Source of the DNA: a virus
Strand: one strand, 5' to 3'
Virus record (IMG/VR): IMGVR_UViG_3300044856_000108
Span: 1 to 43,331 of that record
Length of the DNA stretch: 43,331 nt
How positions within the stretch are numbered: the first letter of the stretch is position 1; the number at the start of each line of letters is the position of its first letter. The translations under genes and the position numbers were made by a program. The notes below the pieces were generated by a model that was not told the DNA's origin, searched no databases, and worked only from the letters and a program-made list of their open reading frames with translations. This document shows positions 1 to 8,646 of the stretch, piece after piece.

Positions 1-929
1 TCGCCGCTGCTTCCGATTTTGGCGGAGTCGCCGCTGCTTCCGATTTGGGCGTAGTTGCCGCTGCTTCCGATTTGGGCGTAGTCGCCGCTGCTTCCGATTT
101 TGGCGGAGTCGCCGCTGCTTCCGATTTTGGCGGAGTCGCCGCTGCTTCCGATTTTGGCGGAGTCGCCGCTGCTTCCGATTTGGGCGTAGTTGCCGCTGCT
201 TCCGATTTGGGCGTAGTTGCCGCTGCTTCCGATTTGGGCACGGTCGCCGCTGCTTCCGATTTTGGCGGAGTCGCCAGAACTGTTGTTAGTGCCTTTAATC
301 TTATTCGGGGAGGTTGCCTCTTTGAGCCACTCAACCCCGATATTTATAAGGTCTGCAAGCTTCAGCTCTGCCTTCACCTTAATTTTCGACGAGCAGACCT
401 TTGTGCTTTTTTCATCGTCTTCTCGGTCGATTTTCCCGGATTGCTCCACCTCGCAGAATCGAGATGTCAGCATGTCGTAGTGGTCGAACACCTCAAAGGG
501 GTTTTCGCATGCGTGGAAGCCTTGCTGGCAGCATTTGATTTCACCATCGAATTCATACTCTTTGCCGACCTCGTACTGGAAGCCGCGGCAGCATAGGTTC
601 TTGTCGAACCCCTTGTAGCTTTTGATTATATCACTCATAATTTTCTTTTTTGTTTGATTGTTCCTTTCAAGTTCAACTTCTTTGCAAAGTTTTGCAAGTT
701 CAGCCCTTGCGGCTATAAGTTGGTCTCTAACAACGTCATATTCTTTATTCTTCTCTTGTCGCTGTTTTTCCACAAAGAGAATGTGCATATCGTCATAGGT
801 GATTGTGAAACCACCGCCGTTTGGAACTATTGCACACTCAAAGCCGTTGTGCATGATTGCCGTCAATACTTCATTAAGAATATCACCAGAGATGAAAATT
901 TTTCTGGGACATTTACCACCAACTGCCAT
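1..929 (-). CDS. 5' part of a tandem-repeat protein: Cys-rich N-terminal domain followed by 9-aa repeats of the SGDSAKIGS type. The ORF runs off the window start and resumes at the window end.
   Basis: My manual minus-strand translation is open from the ATG at 927-929, which lies 2 nt after the stop of the upstream gene, down to position 1. An in-frame alternative ATG lies at 636-638 and gives MSDIIKSYKGFDKNLCCRGFQYEVGKEYEFDGEIKCCQQGFHACENPFEVFDHY... The repeats start after ...KGTNNSSG at about 272. The ORF track omits this ORF because it has no stop inside this end of the window. Confidence 0.75.
   Translation of the reverse strand, partial: MAVGGKCPRKIFISGDILNEVLTAIMHNGFECAIVPNGGGFTITYDDMHILFVEKQRQEKNKEYDVVRDQLIAARAELAKLCKEVELERNNQTKKKIMSDIIKSYKGFDKNLCCRGFQYEVGKEYEFDGEIKCCQQGFHACENPFEVFDHYDMLTSRFCEVEQSGKIDREDDEKSTKVCSSKIKVKAELKLADLINIGVEWLKEATSPNKIKGTNNSSGDSAKIGSSGDRAQIGSSGNYAQIGSSGNYAQIGSSGDSAKIGSSGDSAKIGSSGDSAKIGSSGDYAQIGSSGNYAQIGSSGDSAKIGSSG
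3..272. repeat. 27-bp perfect-register tandem repeat, 10 units, coding
   Basis: The unit is gccgctgcttccgatt(t)tgg(c)g(g/t)ag(tc/tt). Variants seen here encode DSAK, NYAQ, DYAQ and DRAQ followed by IGSSG on the minus strand. Confidence 0.95.
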
Positions 930-931
930 AA

Positions 932-1129
932 TCACTGTTCTTTAATTTCATAATTTCTTTTCTGAAGCTCCTCTATAAGAGCTTCGTCTGTCGCCTTGTC
1001 TAAATTATTCTCTATCACTTGTTGACTTTTACCTTCATCAAGAAGGTTAAGTGCGCTTTGTGCAAGATACGCTATCACATCATTGCCCAAACTTTCAATA
1101 TCTACACTAACAGATGTCTCAATTTCCAT
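932..1129 (-). CDS. hypothetical small acidic protein
   Basis: 65-aa ORF, tightly packed in the minus-strand gene series, with its stop 2 nt before the next ATG. Confidence 0.55.
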   Translation of the reverse strand: MEIETSVSVDIESLGNDVIAYLAQSALNLLDEGKSQQVIENNLDKATDEALIEELQKRNYEIKEQ

Positions 1130-1205
1130 TTTTTCGTTCCTCCTCCTTTATTCGTTGATACCCAATCATAATTAAATCCATTGTTATTTCTTTTGTTTAA
1201 TTTGT

Positions 1206-1742
1206 TCATTTTGTTCTGTCCATTGTTTTTTCAAGTTCGTTTGTGCTGGCCTCGTAGAGGGGATTGATTTTCTCCTCCAGGGCGGCCTGTATCTTAGAGT
1301 ATTCCGAAAGCTGGCGGCTGCCGAAGCACCGCTCCATTCCGGAGAGCACTTGTTTGCACGCCTTTTTCAGGGTGTCAACATCGTCCACGAGGTCGTAGCC
1401 CTCGGCGGTGTGGGTCGTGCGCTCCATGTACTCTGCGAAGTCGAGTGAGAGGCCGTTGGCGTAGTCACACGCCATCATAACTTTCAGAACCATGCGGTAC
1501 ATCTCACGCTGTTCGGCCTTTACCTTGGCTTGAAATTCCTCTATCTTGCCGTCAACTAAGCGCATCTGAGCCTTTGCCCTTTGCTCCGCCTCGGCCAGTC
1601 CGCAGGCGGAGAACGCCTTTATCTGCATCGCCAGCTTTTCCTTTGCCCGGTGGTAGCCGTCGAGGTAGTCCTTGCTGGTCGCCCCGGTCACTTCCGGGGT
1701 GATGTCTTCAACGTTGAATGTTTTTGGGATTTCAATCTTCAT
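1206..1742 (-). CDS. hypothetical protein, helical or coiled-coil in character
   Basis: 178-aa ORF whose start overlaps the upstream gene stop in an ATGA-type junction at 1739-1742. Confidence 0.6.
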   Translation of the reverse strand: MKIEIPKTFNVEDITPEVTGATSKDYLDGYHRAKEKLAMQIKAFSACGLAEAEQRAKAQMRLVDGKIEEFQAKVKAEQREMYRMVLKVMMACDYANGLSLDFAEYMERTTHTAEGYDLVDDVDTLKKACKQVLSGMERCFGSRQLSEYSKIQAALEEKINPLYEASTNELEKTMDRTK

Positions 1743-1939
1743 CGCAGTATGTATTTTTCGTTTATCGTGGCCTTTCGGCCGTTGTTGTCAGTTATCTCGT
1801 AGCGGTGGCCGAGCCACCAAGGCAGCAGCCGTGTCACCGTGCCACAACGGTAGTCCCAAACGTCAGCCCAGAAGCAGCCGCATGTGAGTGGGACGCGGAA
1901 GCGCACGCTGTCGCCGATTTTGAATTTTCTTTTGAACAT
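1739..1939 (-). CDS. hypothetical small protein
   Basis: 66-aa ORF positioned between the MBL-fold gene and the next gene, in the same orientation. Confidence 0.5.
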   Translation of the reverse strand: MFKRKFKIGDSVRFRVPLTCGCFWADVWDYRCGTVTRLLPWWLGHRYEITDNNGRKATINEKYILR

Positions 1940-1951
1940 GATTATTACTCT

Positions 1952-2683
1952 TTACTTTGTCAATTCCATAACAAGCCCCTTGTGCGCGGCGTAGGCCGGT
2001 TTCCCTGTCGCTTGCCGCACCGCGTCGCAGAACTGCTCCGGGTCTGCATTGCGCGCGCTTAAATGCACCAGCACCACCTCCTTCACGTCGGTAATGTCGT
2101 TGGCTCGCAGAATGCCCAGCGTCGTGTCCAGCTCCATGTGTGAATGCAGTAGGCGGTCTTTGGTCGCCACCGGCGTAACACCGTCCATGATGTTGCCGTT
2201 CAGCACTCTGTCGGAGTAGTTGGCCTCAAGCATGAGGTGGTTCACGCCGGCTGGCAGCTTGTATTCAAGCATCATGGTGTCAGTTACGAACACCAGCCGT
2301 CCGAGCTCTGCGTGCTCGATGATGTAGGCCACGCAGGGCACATCGTGCGCAACAGGAATAGGGTACACCTTGAAGCCGCCCACCTTGTACCACTTCATCG
2401 GCTCTATCTCCTTGCAGAAAGCCTTGCATTTGACTTTCTTGGCTTGAAATACGTCGGGCAGGGCAAGCACGTTGATGCCTCGCTCCAGAAACTTGTCAAG
2501 GAACTTGGCATGGTCGCCGTGCCTGTGGCTGACGACGCAGCCCACAATCTCCGACAAGTGCCAGTTGACGGCTTCCATCACTTGCTGGAAGTCAACGCCG
2601 CACTCGATTACGAGTGACTCCTCTGAACCTTGCAGCACATAGCAGTTGCCGCTGCTTCCGCTGCCCAAACACCGCAAAACCAT
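1952..2683 (-). CDS. MBL-fold metallo-hydrolase, a likely nuclease partner of the recombinase
   Basis: N-terminus is LGSGSSGNCYVL and the HxHxDH motif is present as SHRHGDHAKF. It lies immediately downstream of the RecT-like gene. Confidence 0.85.
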   Translation of the reverse strand: MVLRCLGSGSSGNCYVLQGSEESLVIECGVDFQQVMEAVNWHLSEIVGCVVSHRHGDHAKFLDKFLERGINVLALPDVFQAKKVKCKAFCKEIEPMKWYKVGGFKVYPIPVAHDVPCVAYIIEHAELGRLVFVTDTMMLEYKLPAGVNHLMLEANYSDRVLNGNIMDGVTPVATKDRLLHSHMELDTTLGILRANDITDVKEVVLVHLSARNADPEQFCDAVRQATGKPAYAAHKGLVMELTK

Positions 2684-2692
2684 GCCTTTTCA

Positions 2693-3637
2693 TTAATAAC
2701 CGGGTTCATTTTTCTTGGCCGCTGCCGCTGCACCTGCTTGCGGAGCGGCGAGTATCTCGCCTGTCTCGGTGTCAACGCTCTCAACCGGGGCGGTGTCAAC
2801 GTCAAGCGTCTGCGCGTTGGCACTCACGTCAATCGTGTTGTCGCGGTCGGCCTGGCTCTGCTCCGCCTCGATGTCACCGCTCATTGCACTCTGCATCTCA
2901 ACCGAGAGGTAGCCGTACTTGCTCAAAAGGCGGCGCACCACCGTCTTGATGGCCATGTCGTTGAAGTTGCCCTCCCAGCCTACTTTTCCGGTTATAAGGC
3001 CGTCGTTCGCCTTTGCCATAAGTTGCTCCGCGGTTACGGCACGGCTGATGCCCTTGGAGTAGTGCTTTGCGTACTTGGCCATATCCTCCACGCTCATGTA
3101 AAGGGTCTTTGTGAAGCCGTTGAGCAGCTCGAAGTAGCAGAAGTAGCCAACCACCTTGTCTGATTTCTTCTCTCCGGCAAAATTGATTTCACCGCTGAGC
3201 TTGCTGACCTGTTGATGCTCTCCCTCGTACACGAGGTCGGCGTTGATTGTCTTGTACTGGCCGGTGCGCATCGCCAGCTGTATATATCCCTTGTAGCCAA
3301 GGATGAATGTCGGGGTGGGGACTTTCTGCCACTGGCCGTTTGCGTCCTTCACGTTGTTGTTGTAAACCACGATGTATGAGAAGCCGAGAGCCTTGTTAAG
3401 CGGCAGTTGCAGCGTGGCCGCGCGCAGAGCCTCGGCCACCACGGCCGCAGGCTTGCAAGTCTGGAGAGCCTTGTCACCTCCATAGAGGTCAATAAGCGAT
3501 GCGACGAAAGCGTCTTTGTGCTTGCCCAGAGCGTTCTCGAATTGCTGTTTCACACTATCGGCATTGAGCATTGCCTTGAATGCCACCATTGGTGTTTGGC
3601 GTTGAGCCGTTGTTGTCTGTAAAGTGTTGGTTGTCAT
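2693..3637 (-). CDS. recT: RecT-family single-strand annealing protein
   Basis: 314 aa with RecT-like blocks: AALRAATLQLPLNKALGFSYIVVY, LGYKGYIQLAMRTGQYKTINADLVYEGE and FCYFELLNGF. Confidence 0.85.
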   Translation of the reverse strand: MTTNTLQTTTAQRQTPMVAFKAMLNADSVKQQFENALGKHKDAFVASLIDLYGGDKALQTCKPAAVVAEALRAATLQLPLNKALGFSYIVVYNNNVKDANGQWQKVPTPTFILGYKGYIQLAMRTGQYKTINADLVYEGEHQQVSKLSGEINFAGEKKSDKVVGYFCYFELLNGFTKTLYMSVEDMAKYAKHYSKGISRAVTAEQLMAKANDGLITGKVGWEGNFNDMAIKTVVRRLLSKYGYLSVEMQSAMSGDIEAEQSQADRDNTIDVSANAQTLDVDTAPVESVDTETGEILAAPQAGAAAAAKKNEPGY

Positions 3638-3673
3638 AATTCTTTTTGTTTTTAGTTAAAGTTTTTATTTAGT

Positions 3674-5635
3674 TTAATTTATAGTCAAATCTGTGTCCGC
3701 AACATAGAGCCTCACTTGCTGGCTCTCGGTGTCGAGCGGCTGGAGCACACCCTCCGCGTTGTCGATGAAAATCGGCGCGCTGATGCCCTCAAATTGGCAG
3801 ATGGCATTGATGATGTCGAGGCCGCAGTTTATCTGCTTCGCGCTGTTAAGCGAGGAGTAGGGCACGCCGTCAACCGTGGCCTCGCAGGTTTCCACTTCGC
3901 CGCCGTTGATTTGCGTGTCGAACATCTTGAATTTCACGAACTTGAACATTCCGTTTATTCGTGCCTCTACCGCGCTGATTTTCGCCTTTTGGAAACTCTG
4001 GATTGTGAAGTCGGTGCGTTCATAGCCGGCCAGCTCGTCATTGAGCGTGCGCATCTGCTTCTTCAGCTCCTCGATGCGTGCGTTGTTGCGCTCGATGATT
4101 TCCTTTGTGGCGAGCTTTGCCTTGATTTCGTCGATTTCACCGAGCAGGGCTTTCTTGTCGTCTTTGAGCCCGGTGTTGCTGTCGTCGGTAGAGGACTGGC
4201 CGAGCAGCTTCAGCTCGTCCTCTTTACCGGCAATGGCCTTGAGCGTGCTCTGGTATTCCTCATCGGCCGCCAGCTCGCTTGACACAAGCGATTGGTCGGG
4301 CTTCACGATGTCCTCCGAGTAGAGAGGCTGCGCTTCGATTTCTTTGATTTTGCCGTGGATTTCAGCTTGCTCCTTGCCGTATTCGTCGAGGGCGGTCTGC
4401 AAGCCGTCGAGTTGCTTCTTCACGCCCTGTCCCTCACTCACGTTGCGCTCCAAGTCCTTTGCCTTGCGGCCGTTGAACTCTGCGAGCATTTCCGCTTGGC
4501 GGCTCTCGATGTCGTCAACATCGAGCGGCCTCTTGCAAGTCGGGCAGATGAAATCCTTGTCGTCGAACACCAGCTTGCGGTCGTTAATCTCGTGCCACTG
4601 CGCAATCAGCCGCTCGCGCTGCTCCGCCAAGTTCTTGATTTCCTTTTCGGCGTTTTTCGCATTGTAGGCAATGTTACTGGCTTGCGTCTTGAGCTCGCCC
4701 ACTTGCATCTTGAGCCTCGTCTGCTCGGAGTGCCGATTATGGTAGTTTTGGAACACTTTCCCCTCCGCCTTTATCTCGGCCTTTGCCTTGCTTTCCTTTA
4801 GCGCGGCCAGCTCTTTGGTGATGGCGATTTTGCGCTCCGCAAGCTCATTCACGGCCTTGGCCTTGTCTTGCAGCATTCCGTCAATCTTGTCAACTTGCTT
4901 CTGCTTCATCGCAAGCTCGGTGCTGAGTGCCGCATAGTCCAGAGGCTCCGGAGTGTCGCGCTTGCGCTCGTCGATGCGCTCCGGTATGCCGTCAATCTCG
5001 GCTTTCACGTTGCGCTTCTTGGCGGCGATTTCACGCTTGTACTCATCGAGCGTCTTGCCGGTCAGATTGGCGAGCAGCCGCGTGAAGTCGGCGTTGCCGG
5101 CCGCCACGTCGCTGTCGGTTATCCCACCGGCCATGCGCACCAGCATTGCCCTTAGCGTGTCGGGCTTCTGCGCCACGAAATAGCTTGGCGAGGTTATGAA
5201 CTTGAACACCTGCTCGGAGCAGAGCCCCGAAATCTTCTCGCCCCAGTCCTTGACCGACATTGGCACGTCGTTGTAGAGCCTTTCCTCCTCGTGCCCCGTG
5301 AACTCCTCCTCGGTAGCTCCGCGGCGCTTCACCCACTTCTCCTTGTAGCGTCGGCAGAGCTTGATTTCCTCGCCGTCCACGTCGAGGAGCAGCGTCACCT
5401 CGTGCGGAAGCCTTGCTATAGGCTTGCCGTCAGCCCCGATTGTCTTGATGTCGAAAGTCTTGCGGTCGTGGCTATCCTTACCGAAGAGCACCCATGTAAA
5501 GGCGTCGAAAATCGTAGTCTTTCCGCTTCCGTTGCGCCCGGTGATTTTGGTTAGATTTTGACCAAAATCAACACTCATGCTCCGTATGCCCTTGAAGTTC
5601 GTCAAGGCCATTGATTTGATTTTGATTTTTTTCAT
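3674..5635 (-). CDS. Rad50/SbcC-like AAA ATPase with a central zinc hook
   Basis: Walker A is GRNGSGKTT at the N-terminus. A long coiled-coil middle carries CPTC (DFICPTCKRPL, encoded at about 4535-4546). The C-terminal IFIDNAEGV resembles a Walker B and D-loop. Confidence 0.8.
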   Translation of the reverse strand: MKKIKIKSMALTNFKGIRSMSVDFGQNLTKITGRNGSGKTTIFDAFTWVLFGKDSHDRKTFDIKTIGADGKPIARLPHEVTLLLDVDGEEIKLCRRYKEKWVKRRGATEEEFTGHEEERLYNDVPMSVKDWGEKISGLCSEQVFKFITSPSYFVAQKPDTLRAMLVRMAGGITDSDVAAGNADFTRLLANLTGKTLDEYKREIAAKKRNVKAEIDGIPERIDERKRDTPEPLDYAALSTELAMKQKQVDKIDGMLQDKAKAVNELAERKIAITKELAALKESKAKAEIKAEGKVFQNYHNRHSEQTRLKMQVGELKTQASNIAYNAKNAEKEIKNLAEQRERLIAQWHEINDRKLVFDDKDFICPTCKRPLDVDDIESRQAEMLAEFNGRKAKDLERNVSEGQGVKKQLDGLQTALDEYGKEQAEIHGKIKEIEAQPLYSEDIVKPDQSLVSSELAADEEYQSTLKAIAGKEDELKLLGQSSTDDSNTGLKDDKKALLGEIDEIKAKLATKEIIERNNARIEELKKQMRTLNDELAGYERTDFTIQSFQKAKISAVEARINGMFKFVKFKMFDTQINGGEVETCEATVDGVPYSSLNSAKQINCGLDIINAICQFEGISAPIFIDNAEGVLQPLDTESQQVRLYVADTDLTIN

Positions 5636-5706
5636 TTCGATTGAGTTGAGATTTTGTTATTTGTTTTTATGCCGTTTTAAGCCGTTAAAATTTTCCAAAC
5701 GTAGAA

Positions 5707-6444
5707 TTATTCGTTTTTGCCGTCAAATTGCCGTGGCGGTGCGTTTCCGTGCGTTTTGGGCGGTGTCTGCGCCTCATGCCGTGCTCCGTCTGCGCCGTTT
5801 TCACGCCTCGCCTCCTCGTAGAGCCTCCGCATCGCCGCCTGTGGGGTGGGGTCGTCCCAGCCTCTCAGCTTGCGGTACTGCTCCCAGTCCATCGCCTCCG
5901 CCTCGGCCTTGCGGTCGGCCTCCGCCTTTTCCCTTGCCTCACGCCTCATGCGCTGCTCCTCGGTCTCGCGCATCAGCTCCCGGTATGCCGTCTGCAAAGC
6001 GTCGAGCAACCGCATCGGTGTGGCGTGCTTGCCGAATATCCGGTACTGCCTCGCCTTGGCGCGGTGGAAGAACGTCAGCAGCATACCCGTCGGCAATGCC
6101 CTCAGACGGCTGTCGCCCACCAGCAGCGAGGCGGCGGCGTAGGCCGATTTCTTCGCGTCCTCGAAGCTCTGCTCCGTGTCGTCGTCGGTCAAGGCCACCA
6201 TGACGCTCGCCATGTGCATCGCCACCAGCGTCACCATCGCCTCGTCACCGTAGCTTCTGGCCATGCGCACCAGCAGCGGAGTGTGAGCCGCCTGTTCCGG
6301 GTGGGCGGCGCAGTAGCCCTGCACGGCCGGTGACCACTTCTGCCACATCGCCCCCTGCGAGCCGTAACGCTGCCGTATAGCCACCGCCCAGGGCTCGTTG
6401 CACACTGGCTGCTGCTGGTTTTGTCTTGTTGTCGTAAGTTCCAT
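5707..6444 (-). CDS. hypothetical protein
   Basis: 245-aa ORF lying between the replication gene and the ATPase gene. No motif recognised. Confidence 0.6.
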   Translation of the reverse strand: MELTTTRQNQQQPVCNEPWAVAIRQRYGSQGAMWQKWSPAVQGYCAAHPEQAAHTPLLVRMARSYGDEAMVTLVAMHMASVMVALTDDDTEQSFEDAKKSAYAAASLLVGDSRLRALPTGMLLTFFHRAKARQYRIFGKHATPMRLLDALQTAYRELMRETEEQRMRREAREKAEADRKAEAEAMDWEQYRKLRGWDDPTPQAAMRRLYEEARRENGADGARHEAQTPPKTHGNAPPRQFDGKNE

Positions 6445-6463
6445 TCTCGTTGTCCTCCCTCGG

Positions 6464-7345
6464 TTAGTTGTTTGCCTGTTGTTTGCTTGCGGCGAGCCTT
6501 GCGGCCGCCTCTTTCATCATCGCCTCCGTGAGCCCTTTTTTAAACTCCTCGGGCGTGTATTTCCGTTTCGGCTGCGCCGAAACCTTGCGTTGCTCCTGCC
6601 GCATCGCGGCCACTTTTACCAGCAGCTGGCTGCGCAGGTGTTTCCAGTTGATGCCGTCGTCCTCGGTGAACTGCCAGTCGGCGAACACTTCCTCGCACAT
6701 GGTCAGCAGCTCCCCTTGGTCGGTGATGCCGGTGGCGCGCATCGCGCTTTCGATTTTGAGCGGCGAGGCATAGAGTGACTGCCTCAATTTCTCGATTTCA
6801 GCCTCGCGCGCGGATGAGTTATCAACAACAACAAATTCTTTTATATCTTCTTTATATTTCTGCGCCCTTTTTTGCGCCCCAAATTGGGGTTTTGATTGCG
6901 CCCCTTGTTGTGTTGGCTGTTCGGCTAACTTGTTGACCTCTTGTGCGTTGTCCTCTGAATTTATTGCGCCCCAAATTGGGGTGTTTATTGCGCCCTTTTT
7001 TGCGCCCCTATTGCGCCCCTCTTCCTTGTCTTGTGCTTGGTAAACATCGTAATTACAGATAGTTATCAGCGTTTTTGATTGCGCCCCTCTGCGTGCCTCC
7101 GTCACCACCTCGCCGCTGGCCAGCAGGGCGGCCAGACAAAGGCGCAATTTCTTATAGCTCATGCCCAGCTCCTCGGCCAGTTTCCTTTGGCTCACCAGCA
7201 CCTGTCCGCGCATAATCCAGCGGCCGTTTTTCCAGCCGTCCTCATACGCCGCCGAGAGCAGCAGCCACACGAACAGCTGCACCATTTCGGCGTTCTGCGC
7301 CCACTCCCATTGCAGGAACTTCTTGTGTAGTTTAATCCAAGCCAT
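6464..7345 (-). CDS. phage replisome organizer or replication initiator, N-terminal winged-helix type
   Basis: MAWIKLHKKFLQWEW...VSQRKLAEELGMSYKKLRLCLAALLASGEV is typical of replisome-organizer N-terminal domains. I prefer the ATG at 7343-7345 over the TTG at 7357. The gene contains an iteron-like array. Confidence 0.7.
   Translation of the reverse strand: MAWIKLHKKFLQWEWAQNAEMVQLFVWLLLSAAYEDGWKNGRWIMRGQVLVSQRKLAEELGMSYKKLRLCLAALLASGEVVTEARRGAQSKTLITICNYDVYQAQDKEEGRNRGAKKGAINTPIWGAINSEDNAQEVNKLAEQPTQQGAQSKPQFGAQKRAQKYKEDIKEFVVVDNSSAREAEIEKLRQSLYASPLKIESAMRATGITDQGELLTMCEEVFADWQFTEDDGINWKHLRSQLLVKVAAMRQEQRKVSAQPKRKYTPEEFKKGLTEAMMKEAAARLAASKQQANN
6861..7087 (+). repeat. iteron-like array: 8 direct copies of TGCGCCC(C) inside the replication gene, a candidate origin
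   Basis: Copies lie at 6861, 6873, 6897, 6965, 6989, 7001, 7012 and 7080. Two are extended to the palindrome-containing GCGCCCCAAATTGGGGT. An AT-rich stretch lies next to the array at about 6830-6860. Confidence 0.6.
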
Positions 7346-7481
7346 AGAGCCTCCCAAGTTTTGCCAGCAGCACCTTTGCGCGGCGTTGCTCGTTGAGCTG
7401 CCTCACGCCCTTTGCCGGGCGCGTGGCGAGGGCACGCAGCAGCCTCACCGTTTCGCGATATGTGGTCTTGCTGATTTCCAC
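7332..7481 (-). CDS. possible small basic protein (49 aa, GTG start)
   Basis: My manual translation gives VEISKTTYRETVRLLRALATRPAKGVRQLNEQRRAKVLLAKLGRLYGLD. It fills the 130-nt gap and overlaps the replication gene start by 14 nt. It is below the ORF-track size cutoff. Confidence 0.3.
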   Translation of the reverse strand: MEISKTTYRETVRLLRALATRPAKGVRQLNEQRRAKVLLAKLGRLYGLD

Positions 7482-7489
7482 TGTCTCGT

Positions 7490-7843
7490 TTATTGTCCGT
7501 AAGTGTTCCGTTTGTCTTCTTGCGGCTGTTCTTCCATAGCCTCCAGCCTCTTGCGCTCCACATACTCCCGGTGCTGCTCCGCGCGCAGTCCGCTGCGTGT
7601 GGGGGCGGTGCTCGGCCGCAGGTCGCCGATGTGGCTGTTTTCGCCCGGCTTGCGGTCTTTGGCACGCACGTAGAACTTGATGTAGTGGGTGTTACCGCAC
7701 TTGCCGGGCTCACGCCTCTTGTCGATTATCACTTGCAGGTAACGCTTGCCGTTGCGGCCTGTCACTATCAGCTCCTTGGGTATGTCATCAAGGCATATCG
7801 AGCCGAAAAGCCTTGTGTTTCCGATGTTGTTCGTTGGTGTCAT
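7490..7843 (-). CDS. hypothetical basic protein
   Basis: 117-aa ORF in the early gene series. No motif recognised with confidence. Confidence 0.55.
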   Translation of the reverse strand: MTPTNNIGNTRLFGSICLDDIPKELIVTGRNGKRYLQVIIDKRREPGKCGNTHYIKFYVRAKDRKPGENSHIGDLRPSTAPTRSGLRAEQHREYVERKRLEAMEEQPQEDKRNTYGQ

Positions 7844-7884
7844 TGCAGTTGTCTTTTAGTGTTCTATTTGTCATTTTGTTTGTG

Positions 7885-8082
7885 TTACAATTTGGCTTCC
7901 CAAGCCATCATTATCTCCCGGCCGGTGTAGAAGCGCCGGCCAGAGGAGCGGCGGTAGCCGCACTTTATCTGCCGCAGGCTGGTCATGCGCCACAGCGTGG
8001 TGCGTGTGATGCCGAGCAGAGCCGCGGCTTCGAGCGTGGAGTAGCGGCCGTTGGGAATTACCTCCGGGGGTGTCGGTGTCAT
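7885..8082 (-). CDS. excisionase/AlpA-like helix-turn-helix protein
   Basis: 65 aa. YSTLEAAALLGITRTTLWRMTSLRQI matches the MerR-superfamily Xis/AlpA-type HTH pattern. Confidence 0.65.
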   Translation of the reverse strand: MTPTPPEVIPNGRYSTLEAAALLGITRTTLWRMTSLRQIKCGYRRSSGRRFYTGREIMMAWEAKL

Positions 8083-8405
8083 GACTCGCCTCCTTTCTTG
8101 TCCTCATCGCAGCCGCCCTCGTCAATGCCTATGTCGGGCAGCAGCCCCATTCCGTGCATCACCTTGGCGGCTTTCACTCCTCCGTAGAGGGCGGCCGCGC
8201 TCACGGCTTTCACCACGAAGAACATCGTGTCGCTGCACTCCGGGGCTTGCTCGCCGGCCAAGAAGATGAAGCTCACCGCCAGCCATGTGCCGAGTGCCAC
8301 GGCCGCTGCCCACTTGGCGAACTCGCCGTATCGGCGAGCCGCTCCAGCTCCGGCGTTATCTGCCGTTGTTGTTGCCGTCATTGCCGTTGTGTCACTGGTT
8401 CTCAT
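8079..8405 (-). CDS. small membrane protein
   Basis: 108 aa with two hydrophobic segments (WAAAVALGTWLAVSFIFLA and MFFVVKAVSAAALYGGV). Both gene junctions are overlapping. Confidence 0.55.
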   Translation of the reverse strand: MRTSDTTAMTATTTADNAGAGAARRYGEFAKWAAAVALGTWLAVSFIFLAGEQAPECSDTMFFVVKAVSAAALYGGVKAAKVMHGMGLLPDIGIDEGGCDEDKKGGES

Positions 8406-8646
8406 TACTGCGCCCTCCCTTGCCTGTGTTAGGTGTGAAATACTTGTGTTGGATTAGCACCAGTCTTACTCCGGGCACCGTCATGTCGAGCTGCTCCGAA
8501 ATCTTGCGCATGATGCGCGTGGGCGGCATCTCCGGGAACTGCTTTCTCCAACTGGTGTAGAGGCGGCAGATTTCACTGTGTCGGCGCACTTTCTCCTTTT
8601 CGCTGTCGGTCATGAAGTCCGTTGCCTTGATTGCCTTTTCTTCCAT
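8392..8646 (-). CDS. hypothetical protein, possibly DNA-binding
   Basis: 84-aa ORF in the early series. Confidence 0.5.
   Translation of the reverse strand: MEEKAIKATDFMTDSEKEKVRRHSEICRLYTSWRKQFPEMPPTRIMRKISEQLDMTVPGVRLVLIQHKYFTPNTGKGGRSNENQ

Noticed and set aside
1-272. Possible CRISPR array, because of regular short repeats
   Set aside because: The units are directly abutting 27-bp repeats with no spacers, and they lie inside an open reading frame. No cas genes are present.
45-596. 183-aa plus-strand ORF with GVVAAASD repeats
   Set aside because: It is the antisense shadow of the minus-strand repeat gene. The minus-strand frame connects a protein-like N-terminal domain, the repeats and a C-terminal domain across the window junction. 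The plus-strand ORF becomes non-protein-like sequence outside the repeats.
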